Under the pieces are notes generated by a model. It worked only from the letters and a program-made list of their open reading frames with translations, made no database searches and was not told the origin of the DNA. Shown here piece after piece: positions 1 through 10,800 of a DNA stretch of 64,000 nucleotides. The stretch is from Lama guanicoe. Its lineage: Eukaryota. Every line of letters begins with the position of its first letter. The first letter of the stretch is position 1. The stretch lies in the NCBI GenBank assembly GCA_013239625.1, contig MU053645.1, positions 124,001 through 188,000 of the forward strand, written 5' to 3'. The position numbers and the translations under genes were made by a program.

Positions 1-1350
1 AATATTTAAAGATTAGGGCCAAGAGTTCAACTGGGGGCCTATATGCTATATATAAAAACATGTGAAAGGTTTGAATCAACTAGTAGACTGTTAAATAAAA
101 TACCTTCCCATTAACCTGAATAGCCAGGTTCAAATTTGAATAGCTGGTCTATTTTGATGTTTTTCTTATATAGTTTCTTGAAGAAATTTAAAAACAAAGC
201 TCTCAGTTACAGGTATATGTCAAGAATGGTTAGGTTGTACTCAAGATCACACATCCAGATACCTGTTTCCAGGGCTGTCCTGTGCTAAGTGTATTAATTT
301 TCTATTGTTACACAACAAATTTCCACTCAAAGAATATATATATGTGTGTATATATAGATATAAAATAACCGTTTCCATATTCTATTGATTATAAGGAAGT
401 CATTTGTCCTGCTAAATTCCAGGGCAAAGAATTATACAAGAGTGTGAATACTAGAAAGTGGGGCCAGCTTTTGGCCTGTCCACCATGCTTGGACTCCTTA
501 AAGTTCTGTTCCAGGTGTGTAGGGAGAATTAAGCCCCTAACCTAGGCCCTCCATCCTCATTCCAGGCCCCAGTCTCTCCTCTGCCACTTCTCTACACAAA
601 CTGAGTTCCATTTGTCACCTCAAGAGGTTTCACATGCATATATGTAGATAATGTAGCTCACTTGCTGTCTGTTCTCAAAATACAGCCATCACCTCTTGGT
701 CATCTCTCAGTCCTGAGGATATATATATTGGCAGCGAACTCAACTCCCAGAAGCACAGACTCATTGAAGAGGACCATACAGGACTCTTGGGGCTTAGGAC
801 TTATGGCTATATGAGGTACAAATTCAGGGCCCCAAATATATGGAACATGATTTGAGGTGGAAGGCAAAGTTTTTGTGTGCACATCCCCTTAATCTCACAC
901 ACTGGACTCTTTGCTGTTTGCAGAGTTGAAGCCCACCCTCCCCAATTAAATTTTCTTCACTCTGTCCACAAGAAGTAGCCACTATCCTAAATAAGTCGTT
1001 TATGATTCTCATACATGACTTTGTGTGCTAACTATGCATGCATAATTCTTATGCATTTCTTTTACTACATGTGTGTTTACCCATAATCAATTTATGGCAA
1101 TTGTTTTGAATGTTTTTAAACTTCACATACAAGGCATCATAAAGTTTGTATACATCTGGAACTAGCTTTTTCCCTTATCTATTTTTTCCACTGCTACTTC
1201 CCAATCTTTGCATCTGGTCTTTCTCTGTGTCTCCATCCCTGAGAATTCTAGTCTCTTTCCCGGGTTAGCTTTTATTGATCTGTTCAACTTACTTGAAACA
1301 GACCCAAGTAAGTGAAGGAAGACTGGTCATAATAAATGTGAAACCTAAAC

Positions 1351-1520
1351 CAGCGGTTCTCAAACTTTACTGTGCTTCAGAATCACCTAAAGGACTTATA
1401 AAACTCTGATTCCTAGACCACCTTAAAATTTCCAATCCAGCATGCCTGGTATGGGACCTGAGAATGTGCATTTCTAAGAAGTTCCCCGATGATGCTGATG
1501 CTACTGCTCCAAGTCAGCCC
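1351..1520. mobile_element. MER5A-like hAT DNA transposon fossil
   Basis: cagcggttctcaaactt...agaatcacct...gaatgtgcatttctaagaagttccccgatgatgctgatgct is the MER5A pattern. Confidence 0.7.
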
Positions 1521-1794
1521 AGTACCAGCCTAGCACCATCTGGTCTTGAGGTAAGCTAAGTCATCATTCATCAGGTTCTTTCAATAAAATGCAGTAAGGG
1601 CTAGATTTCCATCCCTCTTCACATACATAGTTTATAACTTGATATTTTAACTAATTGGAGGATGCAATAAAAGAACTTAAAACATGGTTGAAAGTGAATA
1701 GCTGGTTTATTTCAATGGAAGGTGGGCCAAAACAAAAAGAAAGATACAAAGATAGATTTGAATCGGAGTTACTTATCTAAAAAAATCTGCAGCT

Positions 1795-2015
1795 GATTCA
1801 TTTTAAACAAACGTTTATTTTTAACTTGAACAAACGTTGTCAGATATATATGAAGAAAGACAAAAACCAAGTATCAGTGGATGTTACTTTTTGGGTGATG
1901 AACTCCTGGACAAGCTAGTGTTGATGAAATTTCCCATGCACTACTGAATTTCAAAACATCTCAAATCCGTGAAGAACACTGTTTCTCTTTCATCCATGTC
2001 TTTCTATGCTTTAAA
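1795..2015 (-). other. Candidate non-coding exon on the - strand (3' exon of the CT47-like unit or internal UTR exon)
   Basis: Strong minus-strand acceptor ttcttttattatttcttcctacag ending at 2016, and minus-strand AATAAA at 1819-1814. Confidence 0.4.
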
Positions 2016-2093
2016 CTGTAGGAAGAAATAATAAAAGAACATTTGAACATAAGTAGCATACTCCAGTGGCTTTCTAAATCTAAGAAAAGTCAA

Positions 2094-2114
2094 ATATATA
2101 TATATATATATATA
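2094..2114. repeat. (TA)n microsatellite
   Basis: atatatatatatatatatata run. Confidence 0.9.
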
Positions 2115-2653
2115 GTCTCAACGAGAGAAAACACAATTTTCCTCTTGTTACCCAGGACCTTGGGTACCAGGGTGTTTGTACATTTTTTGATGTCTTCAAT
2201 CATCTGATCACACCAATCTCATCTCCTACTTGCCAAACACCAAAAATGCTTGCTATTTTTTTTTTTGGCAGGTAGGAGGACACCATTCAGGGATGTAAAT
2301 AAGTCTTTCCACCTTAAAGGCCTGTGCTCTTTCCATAAACCATAATCTCTTAACCTCCTAGACCCTCAGTGCCCATTATCTGTAAAAGGAGAAAGAAAAA
2401 AAGAGGGAAAGAAAAAGATAGATAAGATGTAAGTTAAATTAACAATTCAATGATAAGCAAAATCTTAATATGACTAATTTTCTTCTGTGGGTTCATGGAT
2501 TGCATTGATGATGGCAGCTCTCCTATCAAACAGAAGTTGGTAGAAGGCAGCGTACTTTTTCTCGAGATCAAAAAGGTCTTTACAGAATTGGGCTTCTAAC
2601 TTGTGCATATTGTACCTGAGGGCTTTTTAGAGCTTTGACCTGCTACTTAATCG

Positions 2654-3514
2654 TTAGAGGAAAGCGCTGAGCACTGCCTGCCTGTGGGTTGGTCGCCCCA
2701 ACAAGGGATGCAAGGGCCTGAGGACTGGGCCACCACTTACCAGCTTCAGTCCACCTGGTTTCACAGCCCCCAGCTCCCAGAATACGTGTGTATCAGCAAG
2801 GGATTTGCTCTCTTGGACCTTGGGTTCCTCGGGTTCCTCTACCTTCTGACATGCAGCCCCCTCTGTACGTTTCTCTGGCACTTGCCAGGAGGTTCCCTCT
2901 GTCAGGTACTCACCCTCCCAGTTCTCTGCTTCCTCTGGCAGGTCCTCACCCTCCCAAGGTACAGGTCCCTCTCCCAGATCCTTGGGCTCTTGGGAACCAC
3001 ACTTGACCACAATGTGGCCTGCATGGGGTCCAACCAGGACATGGTCATTATAATGGATACGGCATAAAAGGGAACGGACCAGATACTGGAACAGGGATCA
3101 AAATCCTGCAACGGGTAACTCATGGGCCCCTATGAGGACTTCTGCACCCTCCTCCCGTACCTGCTTGTTGCAGTCTTCCCCTTCATCCTCATCTTCCTCC
3201 TCCTCAATGACGTAGTCCTGTTCCTCTTTCTCCTCCTCCTGCCCCTCCTCCATGCCTTCCTCTTGCTCTGCTGAGCAGGTGTCTCTGTCCTCCTCAACTG
3301 TGGTCTGGGCAGCCTCCTGACTACCCTTCTTTGCCTCCTGAAGGGCTATGGCGACTGCCTGGGAAACCAGAAAGGCCGCAACCAACACGATTTCATCTGA
3401 CTCTTCTGCGGGGGTAACCACTGGGACCCCAGCGAGTCCAGGGTCATGGTCTGCCTCACTATCAGCTCTGTCCTGACCAGCTTGAGTCAGGTCTTGCTTC
3501 TCCATGACAGACAT
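2654..3514 (-). pseudogene. CT47 (cancer/testis antigen 47)-like acidic protein frame with one internal TGA (3100-3098); pseudogene, null allele or sequence error
   Basis: ORFs 3098..3514 and 2654..3010 share a frame. The gap between them translates ELPVAGF*SLFQYLVRSLLCRIHYNDHVLVGPHAGHIVV, which resembles the CT47 core as I recall it ([28 protein letters not shown]...VGPHA). The flanks are Glu-rich and the N-terminus is MS..(K/D)..TQ..Q. Donor CTG|gtaagt at 2740 probably ends the true exon. Confidence 0.75.
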
Positions 3515-3530
3515 GGCAGGAGGGACTCAC

Positions 3531-3925
3531 CAGTCTGTACCTGGACCTAAACTGCAATCCTGTGCAGTAAAGATGGCGACCACCAAGCTGACTGCCACTG
3601 AGCAAATGCCGTTGGCAGCGGGGCCTGCTGGGAGGTGGTGCGGGCGATAGAGTAGATGGCCACAGACAGGATAACAACTTGCGAAAGTGTCTGTGGAGGC
3701 CCCGAGACAAGAAGGGCAGGGGGTGGCCGGAGGAGTGGCCCAGCCCACTGAGACTGCGCCTGAGGTAACAGTGGACAAGGTGGAAAATGGCGGGCAGATG
3801 ACGCGAGGCGAGCTTGAAGGGTCAACAAAGGACTGCTTCCGTCATCACTGAGCTCTTAGCTCATTTGCTGAGAAGCAAGGATTGACATGCCTGGCGTCCA
3901 ATGAGTGATCAAGGTCCATTGGGTC
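3531..3925 (-). promoter_or_regulatory. Small GC/CpG-rich promoter and first-exon region
   Basis: Clearest CpG-enriched patch of the window. YY1-type motifs AAGATGGCG (3570-3578) and AAAATGGCGG (3784-3793), TGACG half-CRE (3799-3803), overlapping ETS/CRE CTTCCGTCA (3836-3844) and CCAAT (3898-3902). Minus-strand donor CTG|gtgagt at 3530. Confidence 0.65.
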
Positions 3926-4659
3926 TAAATTGCTCAGAATCTCCCTTATCTTTGAGACCTTAGAAGTTCTTACGCTTTAAGCCCAAGCCAGTCAACAAGT
4001 CCTGTTCATTTAATTTCATCATTGTCAGCAAAACTATAGTGTTCCAATATGACTGCACCCTGCAGCATAGGAACTGTAATCCTCTCCCCCCATTTTCATC
4101 TAAGGACACCTCATGTCAGTATGGACAGAGTCTTAAAAAATTGTTTATCTCAGATCTCAGCAGTGGCAAAAGTCTCCAAGAAGAGAGAGAAAATATTTTA
4201 GACTTACTAGTGTTATTAAAACTGCTTAATAAAGAACTTATAAAGTTAAAATGAAATCAGTCAGAACAGAGAGTTTAAGAAGTGTCCAAAAAAAAGGAGC
4301 TTTAAAGTGTTTAATAAATGCTGCCAAAAACACATCAAGCCTCTAAAGAATAAACAGAAAGGGGAACACTTATTTAGAGGCAACCATGAAAAGCCAAAGG
4401 GTAGCTTTTCAATGATGATCTGAGTAAACTAGGAGTTTCTGTTGTGTTCTGACCTACTAAATCAAGAAATCAAGTGTAAAAAAAAATTCTTAAAATGATG
4501 GATAGGTCACTTTTTATATTAAAGTATTTTGTAACTGAAAAATATCTTAGAAAAAGAGACATAGGAAATGAATTATGAAATATATATCACAAAGTAACAT
4601 TGATAAACCACTTTTATCACTTTACTCCAGTTTCAATACATTTTAAATTTAAAAATTGT

Positions 4660-5259
4660 AATTTATTTTTATTGAGGTAACATTAGTTTGTAACATTATA
4701 TACGTTTCATGTGTACAATATTGTATTTCTACTTCTGAATACACAACAGCATGCTCACCATAAAAAATTTAGTTTCCATCCAACACCATACAGTTAATCC
4801 CTGTTACTTGTTTCACCCTCCCACTCACTGGTTCACCTCTGGTAACGACTACTCTGTTCTCTGTTTCTAAGTGTTTGCTTTTGGTTGGTTTTGTTTGTTC
4901 ATTTATTAGGCTTATTTGTTTGTTTTTTATATTCCAGTGATAAGTTAAATCATATATATCTTTCTCTGTCTGACTTATTTCACTTAGCATGATACCCACA
5001 AGGTTCATCCATGTTGTCGCAAGTGGCAAAGTTTCATTTCTTATGCCTGATTACTATTCCATTTTATATACATACATATGTGTGTGTGTGTGTGTGTGTG
5101 TATCCATTCACCTGTTGATATGCACTTAAGTTGTTTCCATATCTTAGCTATTGTAAATAATGCTGCCATGAACATAGGGATGAATATATGTTTCCAAATT
5201 AGTGTTTTCATATTCATAGGATAAACGCCCAGAAGAGGGATAGTTGGATCATACGGTAG
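4660..5259 (-). mobile_element. LINE-1 3'-end fragment, cut off at the duplication junction
   Basis: Antisense L1 3'UTR and ORF2 end (MPLATTWMNLVGIMLSEISQTEKD). Contains (TG)n at 5078-5101. Confidence 0.85.
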
Positions 5260-6443
5260 TTAATTTTGTCTCTGGTCCAACCTCAAGAAGAGAGCATGGC
5301 ATTGTCAAAAAACACTGATTCAAATTTTGAAGGGAATGTAGTAACGTAACTAACCAAACACTGACAAAATCAATGCCCGGAACACCTAATTGGCTTGCCA
5401 AAGGTCACACCAATTAATGGCAGAGTCAAGACTCCAACCAAGATTTCCTGATGTCTAATCTGCATTTAAACAAGACTGCTTCTTTTCTATCGAGCAAATG
5501 TGGAAACATGACAACTGAAGGTTAATTAGCCAGCCACAGAGAAATTCAATGGCTTCTCAGATTAAGGGAATCTGAAAGGACCAGACTAAGCTATCTTCAC
5601 CACTCTCTTTCCACCTTTGACCAAAAACATTGTCAGGAACTGAGAAGGAGTTGCCAGTCCTGAAAACTGAGAAGCTCCAAGTCTGGCTGGGAGAATAGGC
5701 TGAATGTGAAGTGGAAATATAACTAAAGCATCACTCCATGTAATATATTAACTGCCAACTATGGAGCTGAAAGAATCAGGAGGGGTCACAGTGGGTTGGC
5801 TTTTCTCAGGACAGGAGGAGGAAGCACTTAAGGTGGACACCAAAAGACAGGCAGCACACACCTGACTTCCTAGGACAGTTTTCACTTTGCCCCTTCCAAG
5901 TGCCCTTGACTCTTTCTCTCTGGAGGAAGGGCAATATAATAGAGATTTGACTTTACGCTGCTGTGGGAACTGGTCAAACAGTTTTGGTTCAGCTGTTTCT
6001 TTGGCATCAGGTGCTGATTCTCAACTCACAGGACATGTGGTCCGGAAGGAAGAATGAACAGGGACTGGGGAAAGGTTGGGGAAAGTTGAAACATGCAAGC
6101 AAGATGGAACTTGTAACTTTCCTTTCCTTCATTGGATCCCACATCAGAATTTGTCTATCTCCAAACCTAAAGAATTGCTGGTATGCGTGACCTGCAAGAG
6201 AAATGTAACTCTTGCCCCAAAGTCCCTCTTGAACTTGGCCCAGAAGTTAGAGAAGCTAGAGGAGTATGACTCTGGGGGCTGGAGCTGTGAGCATGGCTAC
6301 TGCCATTATCAACAAGGGGGATCAGTAGATGCACAGAAAAGTGTGTGATCCATAACAAGGTGCCTGACCTACATCATCCTTCCAAGCATGAAACATGGCT
6401 ACTTTTTCATTTCTGCTTTCCAGATCTTAGGCCAGCTTTTATG
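5260..6443 (+). repeat. Local direct duplication, copy 1
   Basis: Matches 18316-19499 at constant offset 13056. Three ORF-track peptides are identical in both copies. The only mismatches seen are in the last ~30 nt. Confidence 0.97.
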
Positions 6444-6449
6444 TCAATA

Positions 6450-7790
6450 CTATAAAAGAAGGGGATGTGATTGAAGGAAGGGGGCAGACAGCCTGATCAA
6501 ACATATGGCATAAGGGATTTTTGGGAATTGTTGTGTTGATACCCTAGACTATTCACCTGAGATATGCAGTCCAAGCTAGGATATTTCGTTCCATCTTGTC
6601 AACTGCTTAAGCCAGCTTTTAATTATCCAATCATCTCTGTGGCTTGGGGTGATATGAAGCATGGAGGTTGTCTCACATGCTCCACGATTGAGTCTGATGA
6701 CACTACACTGATATATAGTTTGGGTCACAAATCTGAAGCCATTATTAGATGCAGTGTGTTCAGGAAGCCTGAACAGGAAACAAATGTGGTTTTGAAGGTC
6801 TAGGATAATGTGGCCAACTCAGTGAAATACATAGAATTGGCTAGGCCAAACCCTAGAGAAGGTGTCAGCATCAGTCAGGATCCAGTGAACCCCTCCAGAT
6901 GGGACCAGAGGCTCTATGTGATTAAACTGTTGAGAATGTCCTAGCCTGTGGATTGGAGAATCTGTCCCTGGGCAGTGTTTTTAGCCTTGGCCTGGATTTG
7001 GCAGGTGTGCCAGATTTTCCGTGCTATTTCAGCATTTTTTGATAGCAGTGGCAGTCCATGCGTGTAGACCAAATTTAGGATTCTATCTGAGTTTCTATGG
7101 GCCACCTCTGGTGGATCCAGGAGGCAATCTGTCACAAATCTACCTGCTTTATGGAAGAAGACACTTTAGTCTCAGCATTTAGCTGACAAGCACAGTCTGC
7201 TCATTGATTATGTTTTCCCTCATCATTGTTAGAGGACTTTCTAATGAGCATCTGTATGTGTAACAAAAAATTTATTAAGAATAGAACTGATTTTTATTTA
7301 AATATCTCTGCCCCACAAAGGCCCTTGTTTTATTGCCAGTATGAGGCTTGCTAGTGGCCTGATCAAATTTCCAAGCCATTAGCTATAACCTATGAGTCAC
7401 ATAGATTTATGGTTTTCCATATGTCCCACAAAATGGCCCTAACTGTAGCAATTACCACTCGGGCTTAAGGGTAAAGGCTAGCAGGGATGTGCATAGACAA
7501 TATATCAAAACCAATAATACGTTGTTTATGGTGGTCATAGAGATTTATAGGAGCTCTAAGGGACCCACCCATAGTGAAGCTTACGCAAGTGTCTTCATGT
7601 TGATGGCTTAGGCTCCAAATCAGAGGGTATTATCTACTTTTCCCTCATCTTGGCACCAGTGGTTGTGTGGAGCACAGTCACCTATGAAATGATACTTAGA
7701 AAGCCAAGGAGTTTAATTTTTTGAATTCTCTATTAAATTTTAACCTTTGCATAAGAACTCTGGTCTCCCTGGGGAACTCTGGTCTCTCCA
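6450..7790 (-). mobile_element. Degenerate class III (ERVL-like) pol/integrase remnant
   Basis: The minus strand near 6850-7020 gives HTCQIQ..AQGQI and, in another frame, FNHIEPLVPSGGVHWILTDADTFS. These resemble the integrase zinc finger and the WQxDxxGPL...LTxxDTFS core. Confidence 0.55.
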
Positions 7791-7834
7791 TAGGGACATT
7801 GGCTTAACCCCAGTCTTATTTGCTTTAGAAAGAT

Positions 7835-10800
7835 GAGAGGTCAGATTCTGGTTCAAGATAGCTGTGTAGGATGAACTCACTCCCTCCATGGACACATTGA
7901 GTCTATAGCTACATATGTAACAATTTCTTTTGACAAAAACCTAAAGGTTGGCTGAGCAATGACTATACATTGGGCAAGCAAGAAGAAAATCACATAGAAA
8001 TAGGTAGGAGAGACTGGGACACAACCTTGCCATACCCCCACCCCCAGCATGGTGACCCACAGTCAAGAGGAACTCAAAACCCAGAGCTTCTCTCTGGGGA
8101 GCAAAGGTTTTGAACTCCACATTGAGCACCCCAGATTTTAAGACCTGTACCTGAGAGGTGAATCCCCCAAACATCTAGCTTTGAAAACCAACTGGGCTCA
8201 TGTCCATGAGACCTACAAGACTGTAGCAATATTGAAAAATGGCTCTAAAAAGGCTTTTGTGCTTGGGCTCACCCAACCTAGGGCCCAGCTCCAGAGGCAA
8301 CCAATTGTGCTCAGAGGCTAAGTGAAAGAGGCTGTGTGTATTAAAGTATTGGTCTGAGGGGCAAGCATCTAATTCAACACACATATTTAAGAAGAGCCTG
8401 TTGAAATACTGTCTGGGGAGAAACTGTTGGGCATCAGCTTTGCACTCTTCCTCCACCTTACTCTAGTCAGCAAGTATCACTCTTTTTTCCCCCCTATTTC
8501 CTGTGGACACCATCTTTATGCTCCCCCTCTGCCTCATTACAGTTGGTGGGCACCGTTTTCACACTCTCCCTCTGCCATGCTCCACAGCACCAGTATCTCA
8601 GGGAAGGGAGCTTTCACACACATCCGGAGCCCCAATTTCTGCAACCACCACCCAGAGTACACCCCTTGATCACCTGGTTATGGAGGCCAAAAGGAATTGT
8701 GTTCCTGGGTACCATGGGACTGTATCAATCAGAGAGACAGTTCCTGGCAGCCTACCACCAACAGGGCATTGCACAGACAGTATACTGAAACAAACACTTC
8801 TTGGTATTTATGTGAAAGGGGTCTATTTGCTTGTCCAGGAACTTTGGCCTCAAGGGCAGGTTTCTGGTTTGACACACATCTAGAGCCCTAAGAAATGATT
8901 TCAGGGAACAGAGGCCATTGAATGCAATCTTTGCACTCTCCCTCTGCCTTAATCCAGCTCATTGGTATCTCCCATAAAGGAGCTTATGCCCTTGCCTGGT
9001 GCTCAGATTCTTGCAACCTCCACCAGGGGAAACCTCTGCATGGCCTGGCTCTAGTGGCCAGCAAAGCTTATGCTTGTGGGTCCCATAGGACTTTAACCAA
9101 TATAAGAATAGTAATCATCCCAAGGGCACAGAAAGAGGCAGCAGACCCAGGAGCTCAGTCTCTGTGAGAGAAGCCTATTAGCTAATCCTCATAGGTGCAG
9201 ACTAAGTGTCAGGCATCTAACTAAGCACATATCTCAGTGCAGACTGTAATCATTTCCATCGACCTCAGAGGGTGTTTGGCATCTTCACACTGTGCCTCTG
9301 CTATGCTCAGGAGCAATAGTACTTCCCAGAGGGATGCTCTTGCACATGACTGGTGGCCCAGTTTTTGTGGCTGCTGCCTAGGGGACGCTCCTTAAATGCC
9401 TGGTTTTGGTGGCCAGGGAAGCTTGTGTTCCCGGGACCCATGGGACAGTAACAATCAGAGAGACATTTCTTCACAAGCTAGTTTCCCCAGGGCACTGGAC
9501 AAACAATGGATTAAAACACACCCCAGTCTTGCTATGAAAGAGGCCTATTTGCTTGGCCCAGAACTTCAGCCTGAGGGACAGGCTTCAGATTTGGCTCACA
9601 CCTAAGGGGCCAATGGAGCTGCTCTCAGGGAACGTAGGACAGAGGATACCATCTTTGTGCTCTCCCTCTGCCTTGCTACAGCTTGCTGGTATCTCCCAGA
9701 AAAGAGCTTATATACCTATCTAGTGCCCCAATTTCTGAAACTGCTCCCTAGGGGACACCTCCAGATTGCCTGGCTCTGGTGGCCAGAAGGGTATACACTT
9801 GTAGTCCCACCAGACTTTATATATTTGCATACTTTAAAAGCTGTTGCCTGAGGGTCTGGATTCCAATCAGCCTGAATCTAAGTGCTGAATGAGATCATCC
9901 ACTTTGAGATGACAGGTCTTGGCATACCCTCAACTACTTGGAGCTACTAAAAATATAATAGGCTGCTTGGACAATCACAAAGCTTTTAGAGACAACTGAA
10001 AGCTAAGGAAGGGTTGAATGATAAGTTTTATCTCTTACATGAGGCCACTACTTCAAGATGGGAGAAGTGGCTGGTTCATCTAATGCCTAGAAACCAACAC
10101 AGAAGATCAAGCAAAATGAGGAAACAGAGGAATACATTTCTTATGAAAGAACAAGATAAAACTTTAGGGAAAAAATCTTAATGAAATGAAGATAAGCAAT
10201 TTAAGCCTGATAAAGAGTTCAAGGTAATAGACATAAAGATGTTCACCAAACTGAGGAGAAGAATGGATGAACAGAGTGAGAACTTCAACAAAAGATAGTA
10301 AATGTAAGAAGTACAAAATAAAATAAGAAATTAGAGAAAAATTTTAAAAATAGCTTGACACAAAAATGGAAATATATTAAGAAATGAAAATATAATGAAT
10401 TGAAATTTAAGGGATACAGCAAAAGGAGTTCTAAGAGGGAAGTTCGTAGTGATAAATGCCTACCTCAAGTAACAAAAAAAAAAGTCAAATAAACAACCTA
10501 ACTTTAAACCTCATGGAACTAGAAAAAGAACAAATAAGCCCAAAGTTAACAGAACAAAGAGAATAACTAAAATCAAGCAGAAATAAATGAAACTAAAAAG
10601 ACAATAAAGTAGAGCATTTAAATTAAAGGCTAGTTCTTTCAAAAAATAAATAAAATCGAAAAACCTTTAGCTAGACTCACCAGAGAAAAAAGAAAGAACT
10701 CAGATAAAATCAGAAAGAAAGAGGAGATATTACAATTGATATTACAAAAATACAAAGGATCATAAGACCTTACTATGGACAGTTATACATCAACAAAGTT

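Noticed and set aside
2684..3067. 127-aa hydrophobic plus-strand ORF resembling a membrane protein
   Set aside because: It is the antisense shadow of Glu/Lys-rich codons, has a non-ATG start and has no supporting signals.
3095..3103. TGA as selenocysteine or programmed readthrough
   Set aside because: The context is TGA-TCC rather than TGA-CTAG, and I identified no SECIS-like hairpin. CpG decay or a sequence error is simpler.
5390..5450. CAAAGGTCA nuclear-receptor half-site in the duplicated unit
   Set aside because: It lies within a MIR-like core (cttgccaaaggtcacac), so it is expected and was not counted as enhancer evidence.
5963..6358. Three short ORFs present twice, suggesting a duplicated gene
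   Set aside because: They have non-ATG starts, overlap in different frames and have no recognisable family. Their identity merely reflects the DNA duplication.
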